A stretch of DNA of 64,000 nt from a virus: positions 32,001 through 96,000 of the IMG/VR virus record IMGVR_UViG_3300030099_007414, one strand, 5' to 3'. The notes under the pieces were generated by a model. That model did no database searches, was not told the origin of the DNA, and saw only the letters and a program-made list of their open reading frames with translations. The translations under genes were made by a program, and so were the position numbers. The number at the start of each line of letters is the position of its first letter. Positions within the stretch are counted from its first letter, which is position 1. Below are positions 45,701-56,203 of the stretch, one piece after another.

Positions 45701-48700
45701 GGTGCCGGGTCTCTCTTCTAACGAAAGGTATACCGATGATGTTAATATCGATTGAAAGAACCACCTATTTCCACCAGCTGGCGGGGTGCAAGAAGTTCTG
45801 CTCCCTACCCAAGGGTTTATAGAAAATGGATCTACGGGAGATAGGCAAGATCCAAGAGTATGTTTTCTTGCATATATGGGAGAAGGCTCTATATCTTCTT
45901 CTTCGCCCAAAGAAGACCCGACCAAGCTCCAAGCGAATGTGTAATCATTTTGTAGCTCGCCTGCCTTACCAAGCGAAGCTGACTGTGCTATATATGTTGA
46001 TAGTCCTGTTCCAAACTGTTCGGATGTGTCCAGTGCCCATGCACTTTGCGAAACAACGTAGCCTTGAGAGTTGGTTCCTCCGAATTTATCGTTTCCTAAG
46101 ATAGATCGAGCTTCACGCGAGTTTTTCCAGAAAGTGTTTTTATAATTAATTCTCTCACGGTTTCTTTTAGTATACATATTAATAGCAGATGGATACACCT
46201 GCTCTTTGTAACCCAAATATCCTAGACCCTGTATTGGATTTGAAATAATATTCATGGCGTTGTCTACATAAAGAGTCCTGATATCATCATATGCGAGCTT
46301 TACGGCATCATTTGATAAGTTAAGATCGCGATTAATTTCTTTATTGGCGAATAAAGTAGTCGCATTTCCGAAAGTACTGTTAATAAATACATTATTTACC
46401 GCCGTATAGGGAACTCCATTAGACTTTTCGGGAGTTGCCACCTTTAAGATTTGCGTCAACGCCTTATATTTTGAGATAACAGGAGGATCTTGACGCAATT
46501 TTAGGTCATCATTTTCTAAATTATAGGCGGTTAAGTTAGAAGAATTCCATTTTTTAGCCAATGGATTCTCATATCCCCTTGTCTGTTTCCATGTTGGGAG
46601 CTGATAAGGCCCATTTCTTTTCAATAATAGAGAGTTTAGAAGGGAAGGCTTCCCTTTTGTATTAACTCCATCCGTGATAAGGGTGTCATTTAGGTAGCTT
46701 TCCACATCAGTGTCATTTTCGGCAAAGCCAATGAAAGAATTAGTGTATTCTAGTGGCTCGCGAGTATTCAAGTTTAACCAGTTGTATGTGGTAGGCACAT
46801 AAGTAAAGTAAAAATTACTAGCGGCGAAGGGGCCGCCCATTATAGTTTCGTCGCGTCCGAATTTTCTATCTTTGAAGTCGCTAGTGGTAGGCCGAAATCT
46901 ATTGCGAGAGCGGAATGCACTGGCAGACGAAAATGTTACTAAATCCCCATCGCCACTATAAGGAAGGTATCCAAAAGTATCGTAAGATAGGGCTGACGCT
47001 GTGATCCAAGTATACTGTAAATCGCTTTGAGGGATCGGATGTTGGACAAAATAGTTGTCATAAACTGATGCAGTGATAGTTGTTGAACCAGAATCCTTCA
47101 TTTGTCGGATTGGATTGCGGTTAACCTGATAAATACTGGCTGTTCCCGCATAATTTAGAGAATTTACGGTCGAAGGACCGGATCCGATGTCAAAAACGTC
47201 CGAATAATAGCCAAATTGATTGACGTGAGATGCTAATAAGAGGCGATATGGGTCTCTAACTGTGGTATTTCTGTAATTTAAGTCGTTATAGGGGGAAAAT
47301 TCTGCTGCTTCTGGGTCTAAAGCGGGTCCACCGTTGGAGTCGCCCGCCGTATCTGGTGCTCCCGGTGAGGAAAAGCGGTTAACAAATACCCAAGCTGACC
47401 TTCCTCGCTGTGGTTTTGCGTAATCATCCATCCCTGCGATGTATGGAGAGGGAATATATTCGATAGTAAAGCCGCCAGCCTTTACGAAAGCCACATTATT
47501 TTGTGTTCTACTGACCGTTTGGACTATTTCGTAGTCCTCACTGTAGTTTCCGAGTCCATAACTGCCTGTATCGGTCTTAATATTCTTGATATTTACTGAT
47601 CTTTTGGCCACCAAGTCGCGATAGAGCATCGCACGAGGGTGAGTTACAGGCTGGTGAACGAATTTAATTGCTTTTGGAGCACCTTGGAACTCTAATTGCC
47701 ACGCTTCGGGGCGAGTGAGGGCGGTATCAGTGCCATCGTTAAGTTTGATGTGCCTATGCTGGTTACCACCGACGAATTTCTCCGTAAACGGACCCTGCAT
47801 AGGTACATTACTGTCGATATAAGAGTCTACATGAAGATTTTCAATACCAAATCCATCTTTTAGGCCCGTATTGATCGCCGTTTGGTATCCTGTGGTGACA
47901 GAAGAGCTTACAGGGACGAATGGAAGGAGCAAATCGCCCTTTCCGTCCAAATATGGGTCTGAATCTAGCTCGCTTTCGGCCTTAAATGCAAATCTTCTCT
48001 TTATATTGAGGTCTTGGTTGTCATTACAATCCACAAATTCTTGAATATCTGCAGTTTTAGCAATGATTCCGTTAGAATCTCCAAACTTTACTGATTTTCT
48101 AACCAATTCTCGCTTATTGTTCTCAATTGACACACCCGATGTTACGATTTGTTCTTTTTTGACTGTATATTTTAAAGGATTCGAGTATTGGCGATTTAAA
48201 GCAGACAAAGTTACTGATAAAATCTGCTGTCTGGCCGAATCGAGTCCGGGGAGGCCGCTCGCCAAGGGTGGTTTGTCCCTTTCAGCTCTGTTTTTCCACC
48301 AAAAACACGCTTCAGACTCGGATCCATCTACAGGGTGGTGCCCATCTTCCCAATTATAAGTTAATCTGTTGATTCCATCGATTCCCGCCTCTGGATCATC
48401 TTGTTTTACATCTACAGTTGGATACTTGTTCCAATATTTATTTCTCTCAAGGACGTGGCTTTCCACCGTTGTTCTGATGCCATCTTGCTTTACGGCACTC
48501 GCAGGGAAAAGATCCATGAGCATTTGCCCCAGAGAATCATCAATCCACTTATAATATTCGATATATCTTTCAATATTGGGCGTATTCTCGACATTTTCAA
48601 AAAAAAGTGAGCGCAATTTATTCATAGACTTATATTCTTGTCTATAGCGGTTAACCGGGTCGCCAATTAAATTATTAAAATCTAAAATAGAGGCAAAGTA

Positions 48701-51700
48701 ATTAATTATTTCTTCAGTAATAGACGCATACATGCTTTTCTCGACCATGTAGTAGAAGTTAGTAGGTCTACTTTGGCGAGTAAACAGTTGTTCATCGGCT
48801 ATATTAAAAACTTTAACTGTATCATAGGAATTAACAATTTCGGGAGCAGTTTGTTTTCCTACGGGAATAAAATCTACATTTATAATCCTTGTGTCATTGG
48901 GATATAAAAAGTCGGCCCTTGCTGTGTGCTGCTTGCCGATAACATTACCCATCCACGAGTATCTTTCGGTTAATTCTGTAGAGCCAGAAGAGTAATCCAG
49001 TACATCAAATCCAGCATCAGGGGTTGTTGGAACCCCCGATCCAGCGTCGGAACCAGTTATCTGATCGAATCTCCAATATAATGCAAGGGTTTCCATTTCT
49101 GGAATTTCGGTTCCCGTCAAACTTGTGACAAAATTGTAAGAATTTCTATAAGGATTCTTAGATCCAAAGTTATCCACATCTAAAGCATGAGCATTAATTA
49201 CAGAATTATCGAGATATGTGGTCCAATATCTTACGCTACCCAGTCTTATGTCTGAGCCGTGTATACTAGATCCTGTGAAATCTTGGCGGTGTGCTCCCGC
49301 ATATAACCTTTTTGGCTCGTTGAGCAACTTATCGCCGTCGATGGCGATATCGGTGGTTAAGGATATCTCACCTTGTATAGTATCCAGGATGCGATTCACC
49401 GCATATAGCTCTAAACTATAGTTGGTTGTCGCAGTTCCATGTACAAGGTCGCTATTCTGCTTGGATGGAGATAGGCGTATTCCTACATTCCATTTTTTAT
49501 TATTATATAGATCTTTTATTATATCACTTTCTAGTGAGACTCCATAATACGAACTGGTCAACAAGAAGTATCCGTCAGCAGAGTTGCCATTAGTGTCTGG
49601 ATTGACGACATATAACTGCATGTCATAGTCATTAGCTGGCCATGTAAAATCTGTAGGGGTTGAAGGGTCTGCAGTGTGGAATCCGAATACGGATGAGGTA
49701 ACAAATGGTGTCGGGTAGTAATTATTTTGAGAAATGTTTCTTTTTCGAGGCAAGATAAATTCTGCCTCTGCAGTAAAGGAAGTATAATCTTCAAGGTCTG
49801 TTTGCGATGCAGATATAAAAGATACCGAATCAGGAATCAACGAAGAAGTCTGCTGATATATGGATGCATAAAAGGAGTCTGGCCTGTAGAAATCCACAAG
49901 CCGTTTTTTGGAAACTGAAAACTTGTATTCTTCAGTGAGATCGTAAACTAGGTTGTTGGCGTAAGAATTTACTCTTACCAAACTTTCATCTACGCCGTAG
50001 CACCTAATTAAATTCCTAAAGGCTTTTTCGGTACCTTTGGACTTGTATATGTCTACTACATTGTTGTAGATATTTTTATATATTAAATTTTTTACATCAA
50101 ATAAATCTTCTTCAAAATTTTTAGTCTCGTCTCTGGTAAATATCTGATTGAGAATATCTGCACTGGTGAACATATTGTTCGCTACGATACCCGTATTTTT
50201 TACTAACTCGTTAGAAAAAGGGATCTCCTTGTTGCTAGAGCTAACATAAGTTATATTTTTTATAGTATTCACCTGTTCTATTTGCAAGTGAAGGGTATCA
50301 AGGTAACTTGACATTATTTGTGTTAACTGTTTCAAGTGACCACTTTGAGTTTCATCGCCGTCAATTATCCAAGTTGGAAAGTTTCCGTAAAGAGAGGAGG
50401 CATTAGTGTAATCGTAATAAGATCCCGAAGTCCTTAATTCTGCAGCCACATTAGACACTAAAGGATTTTCTGAATATATAATTGGATCTTTGAATTCTTT
50501 TGGGGCAGCTCCAGCCAGTACTATAGCTGAGTCAGTGCTTCTTGCTGAACTATTATACCCTGTCCACGCACCGTTGGTGACACGGCCAGAATAATCTAAA
50601 ACAGTAGAGTCAATAGATGCTATGCCGGTGATACCCTCATTAAATTTATAATAAACTCCCAGATCGGCGTTGGCGACATCCTGATTGGAACCCCCATCGA
50701 CTTGAGTAAACCAATATCTGCCAATATCTTTAGAGGTTCTTTTTGTTTTCCAGAATCTAAATTCATCTAAAGAGCCAGATAGCTTACCCCACCCTTTGTC
50801 AGCATAATCTGCAGCGGCGATGATGGCTGGGCTTGTTAGTGCGCCGATGTTGGCTTGTAATGCTCCGGTAATTTCTGTTAGAATAGGAGATGAGGAAGTT
50901 GATTCAAGCATGCTCCCGTTTTTATAAAAATCAACTTTAAGTTCATTAGATTCATTGTAAATTCTGAAAGCGTAATGACTAAAAGTCTGCAAGGTTGTCG
51001 GGGTTGTGTCAGCCCCAAATGTAACTTCTTCATAGGGTGCTGCCGTACCGGACTGGACTGTTAACAAGAAGTTATTATTTGCTGTTCCGGTAAGTTGAAG
51101 TAATATTCTCCCGTAAGGTGATCCAAGTGGATCATAGGTTGATGAATTCCACAAGTCAAAAATAACTTCTTTTTCTGTCTTCGCCGAATCAAAGGAATCT
51201 TTTTTGAGCCAGAATTCTACAGTTACACCATTATCGAAATTAGTTTTTAAGTTGCTTTCTCTAGTTCCTGTTCCTGTAAAGCCTTTGTCATCATATATAT
51301 CGGTATCGTATTTATTGGAATCATCAAATGTTTGACTAAGTTTTTTACCAATCATCCCGTCAGAGGCCGTATGTGGGCCTCCTAAAAAGTTAATGTATTC
51401 TTTAGTGGTTGGATTTCCGTAACCTTGCGAGATAGCACCAGAGCGCGTTCCCCAGCCTTCTGCAGATATAATAATAAAGCCGTTTGTTCGCGGATATTTG
51501 TTGTCCAAGAGCCACAAATCCATATATGTAGATTCTTGCGAAAACTCTTGTTTTTCTCTAGCTGACCCATCGTAAGGATAATCTTCGTAAATTCTTTTAA
51601 TTGCATCATTATAGTACCGCTCTGCAGAACCATAACGTGCAAAAGTCTCTGGCTTGGCAAAATCAACTTGAGGAATAAATCTTTTTCTATTTTCCCAAGT

Positions 51701-51805
51701 TTCTTTTACGTTGGCTATAGACTCTCCGTCCTCACGGATGTTTTCTGGTGTTTCCGCAAAGACTTCTGTTGGATTTGTGCCGTCAAAAAGGTTTCTTATA
51801 CTCAT
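42794..51805 (-). CDS. 3003 aa baseplate wedge-like protein (gp7-like core plus LamG domain)
   Basis: IYKSKGTEKAFRNLIRCYG wedge motif; LamG-like TVEFWLK...SGSLDEFRFW. Start MSIR (51805) overlaps the upstream stop as ATGA. Lies downstream of gp25 and gp6. Confidence 0.65.
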   Translation of the reverse strand: MSIRNLFDGTNPTEVFAETPENIREDGESIANVKETWENRKRFIPQVDFAKPETFARYGSAERYYNDAIKRIYEDYPYDGSAREKQEFSQESTYMDLWLLDNKYPRTNGFIIISAEGWGTRSGAISQGYGNPTTKEYINFLGGPHTASDGMIGKKLSQTFDDSNKYDTDIYDDKGFTGTGTRESNLKTNFDNGVTVEFWLKKDSFDSAKTEKEVIFDLWNSSTYDPLGSPYGRILLQLTGTANNNFLLTVQSGTAAPYEEVTFGADTTPTTLQTFSHYAFRIYNESNELKVDFYKNGSMLESTSSSPILTEITGALQANIGALTSPAIIAAADYADKGWGKLSGSLDEFRFWKTKRTSKDIGRYWFTQVDGGSNQDVANADLGVYYKFNEGITGIASIDSTVLDYSGRVTNGAWTGYNSSARSTDSAIVLAGAAPKEFKDPIIYSENPLVSNVAAELRTSGSYYDYTNASSLYGNFPTWIIDGDETQSGHLKQLTQIMSSYLDTLHLQIEQVNTIKNITYVSSSNKEIPFSNELVKNTGIVANNMFTSADILNQIFTRDETKNFEEDLFDVKNLIYKNIYNNVVDIYKSKGTEKAFRNLIRCYGVDESLVRVNSYANNLVYDLTEEYKFSVSKKRLVDFYRPDSFYASIYQQTSSLIPDSVSFISASQTDLEDYTSFTAEAEFILPRKRNISQNNYYPTPFVTSSVFGFHTADPSTPTDFTWPANDYDMQLYVVNPDTNGNSADGYFLLTSSYYGVSLESDIIKDLYNNKKWNVGIRLSPSKQNSDLVHGTATTNYSLELYAVNRILDTIQGEISLTTDIAIDGDKLLNEPKRLYAGAHRQDFTGSSIHGSDIRLGSVRYWTTYLDNSVINAHALDVDNFGSKNPYRNSYNFVTSLTGTEIPEMETLALYWRFDQITGSDAGSGVPTTPDAGFDVLDYSSGSTELTERYSWMGNVIGKQHTARADFLYPNDTRIINVDFIPVGKQTAPEIVNSYDTVKVFNIADEQLFTRQSRPTNFYYMVEKSMYASITEEIINYFASILDFNNLIGDPVNRYRQEYKSMNKLRSLFFENVENTPNIERYIEYYKWIDDSLGQMLMDLFPASAVKQDGIRTTVESHVLERNKYWNKYPTVDVKQDDPEAGIDGINRLTYNWEDGHHPVDGSESEACFWWKNRAERDKPPLASGLPGLDSARQQILSVTLSALNRQYSNPLKYTVKKEQIVTSGVSIENNKRELVRKSVKFGDSNGIIAKTADIQEFVDCNDNQDLNIKRRFAFKAESELDSDPYLDGKGDLLLPFVPVSSSVTTGYQTAINTGLKDGFGIENLHVDSYIDSNVPMQGPFTEKFVGGNQHRHIKLNDGTDTALTRPEAWQLEFQGAPKAIKFVHQPVTHPRAMLYRDLVAKRSVNIKNIKTDTGSYGLGNYSEDYEIVQTVSRTQNNVAFVKAGGFTIEYIPSPYIAGMDDYAKPQRGRSAWVFVNRFSSPGAPDTAGDSNGGPALDPEAAEFSPYNDLNYRNTTVRDPYRLLLASHVNQFGYYSDVFDIGSGPSTVNSLNYAGTASIYQVNRNPIRQMKDSGSTTITASVYDNYFVQHPIPQSDLQYTWITASALSYDTFGYLPYSGDGDLVTFSSASAFRSRNRFRPTTSDFKDRKFGRDETIMGGPFAASNFYFTYVPTTYNWLNLNTREPLEYTNSFIGFAENDTDVESYLNDTLITDGVNTKGKPSLLNSLLLKRNGPYQLPTWKQTRGYENPLAKKWNSSNLTAYNLENDDLKLRQDPPVISKYKALTQILKVATPEKSNGVPYTAVNNVFINSTFGNATTLFANKEINRDLNLSNDAVKLAYDDIRTLYVDNAMNIISNPIQGLGYLGYKEQVYPSAINMYTKRNRERINYKNTFWKNSREARSILGNDKFGGTNSQGYVVSQSAWALDTSEQFGTGLSTYIAQSASLGKAGELQNDYTFAWSLVGSSLGEEEDIEPSPIYARKHTLGSCLSPVDPFSINPWVGSRTSCTPPAGGNRWFFQSILTSSVYLSLEERPGTTSWPGGLTNPLGQVSIFGGNAEFQAHTQAGYLQDGEFISSPSNPFYDKYELYVYNMRLKNKDMSIIPEFRVSQNVEKYINSSDSFITANTASFSIFGVNQDNSETVNYIDTNGNPATYDIRISENTPQNSGEDDFYRIYSFSDFMENFSIISNDHDKYVSDSFKKSLSLSCKALKKFIAYDGFYPAERTLEIGKQFSDVFKDSIEGTTGAAASAGNLKMRPIMAPLFSPGILYNTIKSGIAVDYPIYTGSYQVVNYDSAGGTGQTDYYAIGPATVDSGRWDYRVPFEALLNPESMKGIEFYDMEPHPSCSIDVVSKINTAPSEKNSYSLAIKNFLASTPEFFLANGELTSLASNQENEFLSVSSSVSYAMRIKIRRSMKGVKREQANWPTPQEYFSDGSGQNFVGGTSKNYRMATLNMYSRPTAFGPPLAGSGSIPSSPIPSFAGVGGTAGCIPFGQQPSFYSYNNPELTDGLYGYNVSHTPPYYNGESWVDVIYTPTTTGLPTIEDIQANSKIVCWRVDGYDSDTWKSGDSGASAFPMHSASVNNYAMQLTSSVNIFNKLFVDSIASTGERSPSWAIQTKFETPVLNFGPYSSANYSSTNSPYLDNITLPITASTPWEGYGGQTTTPIGMWHQFGTIPNEGDGQGIFLEVEDIPEDWLQNRASLPDISSDYNSGDVQSLMSVVGFDKRKKSEKIGKLAESKTVFEAVVAIPFVDVQDLSKTKSLVVKPNQTARNFFEIPTTEKYSQLIAERAVTQEPLDLKKLFPEDIDQSVIEMSEKILDRYVFPPQFDFFRNPNAKPIAMYIFDFEHTFDKNDLSYMWQNIAPKIGNEFQESSATISHPLLTKNNLLEDLKDKVKWMVFKVKQRAKTQYNNLLIGGQESEELFSFNWPYDYFSLIEFAKIDSSITYGSIEEATVQTTDPNSSVLPPLAPTDISLGNTTTTAESKDIQSRADAQVQANIETIKREK

Positions 51806-53991
51806 ACTTCTTCTACTCTGAATTTCCAAATATGTGGTTGTTCTACATAGCTATTTACAGTTTGTTCATAGTAGGCAACCTTTATTCCATATGAATATCC
51901 AGCTTCGAGAAGATCCATTTTTAGATCAAAGTAATTTCCACTAACATCGAAAGACATTTCTGTTCCCTTTGTGCTGCCCGTATCGTATGGAATAACAACC
52001 AGATCGTCCGTTAATCTGTGAATCTGATAAGAGCCACTTTCAATAATTAAGGTATCTGTTTTTTTAGTTGCTACTGTATAAATAGTTGGACTCCAATCTT
52101 TTTCTCTAACATAAAATTCAAATCTTGGGTTCTCGTGAGTATAGTATGTGGACCTAAGATTTGTTAGAGTTGTTACATAAGTTGGGTAAGGATTATAGCC
52201 GGATGCTTGATGAGTCTTTATATCAATGGTTCCTGTGTGATAACAGTTAGTAAATCCTATATCAAACCATCTGTCATGGCCGACACTTGCTGTAGTGTCG
52301 AGGGAGAATGAGGCAGAATAGATGCCAGTCGATACACGGCCAGCTGTAATTGGCGAAGTGTTAATTTGTTCTCCACCGGATGCGGAAGTGTACACTCTAA
52401 CGCCCAAGGTTGTTGCACCGGGAATGTCTCTTAATCTTCCACCAATTGCATTATAAAGATAAATTGTTCTTTCGTTTTCTTCGGCCGGTAATAATGATGA
52501 GCTTGCATAAAAATTACCTCTATCGTCCTTGATCGAGGAATCCCAAACGGCCTCGATTGTTGGACGCTTGAAGAAGAATTCAGAACCTCTTCCAAAAAAT
52601 TTCTTTGTATACCAAGTTTCAGTAGCCCCTAACAGGTTTATTATCTCATTGCTGTCAACAGGAATTGTCCCGTTTTCACCGACACACTTTCCATCTACTA
52701 TCTTCATTCCACCGGAGCCGGTAGCAAATAGGTTTAAGGTACCTTTTCTGTCAAAGATACTTACTTGTGTTGGCGGAGTACCAAGATTGATTTTGTCTCT
52801 TGGATCATCGCCGTGTACCCACCAATTAATTAAGTTAGAATATATAGAAAGTTCTTTAATAGGAGCAGGACAACCACTATTATAAAGCTCTGTAATTTCA
52901 GAAGCGGTCAATATTTTATCAAATTGAGCCACATCATCAATTAACCCCTGCCAATTAGCGGCTGTTCCGGTTCTGGAACCTCCAATAGCAAACATATCAT
53001 AATCAGTTTTTGGATTAGTTCCAGCTCCCGGTGATTCGGTGCCCCAATTTGCCAAAACATTATCAATATATAAAGACGGTGTAGAATTATTTCCTGCGTC
53101 GGCAATTACTATGTGTGCCCACTGGCCCGGTGATATTGCTTCTGTGGAAAAGAATGTAGATTGAGATGTATAATCTCTCTGATAAGCTATTGTTCCATCT
53201 GATCTTGTCCTGAGAGTTCTTCCAAATGTATCTGCCCCCGTGTTTTGCCAAAAAAGTAGATATCTTGACCCAATAGTCTCCGGATATACCCACATCGAAA
53301 TTGTTGTTGGTCCAGTAAGTTGCATTTCTTGAGCAGATCCGGATAGGAAAGCCAAAGCATCAAACTCGACAGACTCACGAGGATAATATCTTGCATAATA
53401 TGCCTCTTGGCTGGATGTTAAGTGTACACCTATACCATAATTTGGAATTGTTCCGGCAATCCAGTCTTCAACCAAGGCGGTGATATCTATCTTTAGATCT
53501 TCATTTCCGATAGGAAAAGTTTGCTCGAAAGCTGGAGAAGCAAGATAATCTCCGCCTTCCCTTAACCATGGAGTATTGGCTGCGGAATTTATCCAGTTGG
53601 ACCCGTTACCATTATTGGTTACATCTTTATATTCTTCCATATCCAAGCCGGTGCCTTCTTGCCATGAGCTAGAAACCGGAAGAACAGTTAATTTTAATTC
53701 TCTGGGTGTTGTTTGATTGTTCGGAGCATTGTACATATTCAGAACAAAGTTAACTTCTCCAGCTTGGGGAATCAAATCATTAGATCGATCTGTAATAATG
53801 TCATTTATGGGAAACTCAATCAAAACTCTTTCAAGTTCAGTAGAAGTAGCAGAAGCTTGCCCATAAATAGAAAAAGTCTCCAGTATGTCTGACAATCCCA
53901 TATTTGCACCAGTACCTCTGGTAGTTAAATCCTGCCTAAAAGCATTTGTTATTGTATTATCTTTATTTGCATAATATTTTTTAATAGCCAT
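51802..53991 (-). CDS. Baseplate-associated structural protein with a DNRLRE-like N-terminal domain and an inserted LamG domain
   Basis: KDNTI...RVLIEF...V.SSW.EG...W...GGD...DITALVEDW...NYGI; LamG TISMWV...WAHIVI...GLIDDVAQFDKILT.SEI.ELY. Confidence 0.6.
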   Translation of the reverse strand: MAIKKYYANKDNTITNAFRQDLTTRGTGANMGLSDILETFSIYGQASATSTELERVLIEFPINDIITDRSNDLIPQAGEVNFVLNMYNAPNNQTTPRELKLTVLPVSSSWQEGTGLDMEEYKDVTNNGNGSNWINSAANTPWLREGGDYLASPAFEQTFPIGNEDLKIDITALVEDWIAGTIPNYGIGVHLTSSQEAYYARYYPRESVEFDALAFLSGSAQEMQLTGPTTISMWVYPETIGSRYLLFWQNTGADTFGRTLRTRSDGTIAYQRDYTSQSTFFSTEAISPGQWAHIVIADAGNNSTPSLYIDNVLANWGTESPGAGTNPKTDYDMFAIGGSRTGTAANWQGLIDDVAQFDKILTASEITELYNSGCPAPIKELSIYSNLINWWVHGDDPRDKINLGTPPTQVSIFDRKGTLNLFATGSGGMKIVDGKCVGENGTIPVDSNEIINLLGATETWYTKKFFGRGSEFFFKRPTIEAVWDSSIKDDRGNFYASSSLLPAEENERTIYLYNAIGGRLRDIPGATTLGVRVYTSASGGEQINTSPITAGRVSTGIYSASFSLDTTASVGHDRWFDIGFTNCYHTGTIDIKTHQASGYNPYPTYVTTLTNLRSTYYTHENPRFEFYVREKDWSPTIYTVATKKTDTLIIESGSYQIHRLTDDLVVIPYDTGSTKGTEMSFDVSGNYFDLKMDLLEAGYSYGIKVAYYEQTVNSYVEQPHIWKFRVEEV

Positions 53992-55784
53992 TATTTTACA
54001 ACTCCGGTTATGTCAACGTTTGGAAATTTAATTTCTAGACATACGTTTAGGGGGCACCCAAGGAATCTGCCATCGGCAGATAGATTTGCGCCGATATCAT
54101 ATCCCACTTCGGAATATTTTCCACCCCTCTTGTTGGTGACCCTCACATTTTGAGTGTCGATTACACCAGTGACCCTATTTAATTCGAAATATACTTCTGT
54201 TAAGTAAAAAGGTTCTCCCATAATTAATTTTTCTCGATATTTATCTTTTAGAACTTCCATGCATTTGGTGAAAATATCAGATTTATTAAAATCGGGATCC
54301 GCTATGACTTCAAAATGTACGCCGATATTGACGACTTTTCCATCTATTATATCTACGGTATCATTTATCATCTTATAATTAGAAAGCCATACCCTCAAAT
54401 TCTCTTTTAAGCTGGAGGATGTGGGCTGTAGATTGTTATTCCTATCGTAAGTTAAAATATAAAGGTTTAAATTTCTTTTAAAGGAATCATTGTCAACATT
54501 TACAGAGCATCTGGCGATAGAGCCGAACTTGGAAGGCATGGAATAAGTCAATGCTTCGTAGTCCTTTTCAGTAACTGCTCTGCCTTGAGTGGCGAAATAT
54601 GAAATAGCTCTTTGCTTTATCTCCTCGCTAGTAGAAGGGACGACACTACCTTGTATAGGGTTCTCGTTTATGCATTCCACAGATCTGCGAACGGAGGCTA
54701 TTTTTGAAGAGTTAAGGGATGTCAAGTCCGAAAACTCTAAGATTAAATTTGAAATATTATTAATTGAACCCACTGTTGCATTTGGATTTAGGCTGTTATT
54801 TTTTCGATATTTTATTATAAGCTGTGTATTGGAAGGGGAAATTCCCAATGTATCACTATTCATCAACTTTGAAGGGTCGAGCCTAACATCACTTACATAA
54901 TCTCTACCGTATAACTCCAGAGAAACAGAAGCTGGGCTTGCTACAGAGCTATTTTCAAGCTCGTCTTCGGATCCAAAACCAAATTGTAAGTAATAATCTG
55001 TGCCATCGTATTCAAAAACAAACCTTCGCGGTACAGAAATCGGTCTTAAAAATTCTTTTACATTATTAGTATCGACGCCCTTGTTTGAGAAAGCCTTATA
55101 TACCACATTTTGAGCCAAATTTTCAACCTGGAAATACTCATTGCCGTCCGAATCTTCTACGGATAAAATCTCCACTATGTTCGAGTCATTAATGACTGTT
55201 TTGCGAAACCTCTTATAGTCTCCAATTGAAATTCTAGTTTCCTCTAGGTTTCCAGATATAACTTTGCCTGTAGCTCTTACGGCATAAGAGGAGGGCACAC
55301 CAGTTGATTCATTTATTCTGCCCGCAACGATTTCCGAGGAGGGATCATCAAAGCGAATATCTTCTGTTAAAATAAAATTATTACCAGATTCTGTTGAAAA
55401 TACCGAACCTTGTCTTATTATAGGCATATAGGTCGTGTCAGGGCCTAGACCGAGGTCGTTGGCAGGGACCAAAACATATAGGGTTATTTCTCCGCTTGAT
55501 GTTGCCACTTGTTGATATTTGTAACCCATTTGTCTCGACAGGTTTATTACATTCTTTTTTTCAACAGCTGTTTCTAAAAATGATTCGTTTACTTGGTAGT
55601 CTAAATAAAAAGACATAACATCGCCTACATACGATACCATATCCATCATGAGAGATCCAAAAGATGCCTCGTTAAAGTCTTGATAGACTTCTGGATAGTA
55701 TCTTTTGGCATAGTCTACTAGAGATTCTTTGATGGAATTGAAATCTCTTGATGTATAATCTATTGGGGTTTTTCTTTTTGCCAT
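53991..55784 (-). CDS. Baseplate wedge subunit (T4 gp6 / baseplate J-like)
   Basis: IDYTSRDF.SIK..L, DFNE.S.G, SYVGDV.SFYLD.Q.NE.FL.TA, MGYK, LQFG.G and Q.RAVT..DY. Confidence 0.9.
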   Translation of the reverse strand: MAKRKTPIDYTSRDFNSIKESLVDYAKRYYPEVYQDFNEASFGSLMMDMVSYVGDVMSFYLDYQVNESFLETAVEKKNVINLSRQMGYKYQQVATSSGEITLYVLVPANDLGLGPDTTYMPIIRQGSVFSTESGNNFILTEDIRFDDPSSEIVAGRINESTGVPSSYAVRATGKVISGNLEETRISIGDYKRFRKTVINDSNIVEILSVEDSDGNEYFQVENLAQNVVYKAFSNKGVDTNNVKEFLRPISVPRRFVFEYDGTDYYLQFGFGSEDELENSSVASPASVSLELYGRDYVSDVRLDPSKLMNSDTLGISPSNTQLIIKYRKNNSLNPNATVGSINNISNLILEFSDLTSLNSSKIASVRRSVECINENPIQGSVVPSTSEEIKQRAISYFATQGRAVTEKDYEALTYSMPSKFGSIARCSVNVDNDSFKRNLNLYILTYDRNNNLQPTSSSLKENLRVWLSNYKMINDTVDIIDGKVVNIGVHFEVIADPDFNKSDIFTKCMEVLKDKYREKLIMGEPFYLTEVYFELNRVTGVIDTQNVRVTNKRGGKYSEVGYDIGANLSADGRFLGCPLNVCLEIKFPNVDITGVVK

Positions 55785-55797
55785 TTAATTAATTTCC

Positions 55798-56202
55798 TTA
55801 AAATCCTGTCGCGCCAGGGTCTTGTGGAGACAGGTTCAAAATGAGAGTTTGATTATTGGCTATTGATGGGATAAAATATTCAATAGTTATCTCATAAGTA
55901 TTGGACAGATCTGTTCTCTCAAATATATTTATATTTGTTATCTTGATGTAAGATAAATATCTATCAACTTGGTTTAGAATCCTATTCTCTATTTCTCCGG
56001 AAGAAAAATTACCCTCTTGGTTAAAAATATATTGAGATAAACCAACTCCAAAATCTGGGTTCATTATTCTTTCACCCGGAATTGTCAAGATGAGCATCTT
56101 TAAATTTTGCTGCCCCACTGACCTAATATCTTTTAGTAGCGAGTAAGGCCCATCGGTTGGATCATACTGAAGCGGTAGTCTTGCTGAATATCCGAATGGC
56201 AA
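55798..56202 (-). CDS. Baseplate gp25-like sheath initiator
   Basis: QNLKMLILTIPGERIMNPDFGVGL; indicates a contractile tail. Confidence 0.9.
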   Translation of the reverse strand: MPFGYSARLPLQYDPTDGPYSLLKDIRSVGQQNLKMLILTIPGERIMNPDFGVGLSQYIFNQEGNFSSGEIENRILNQVDRYLSYIKITNINIFERTDLSNTYEITIEYFIPSIANNQTLILNLSPQDPGATGF

Positions 56203-56203
56203 C

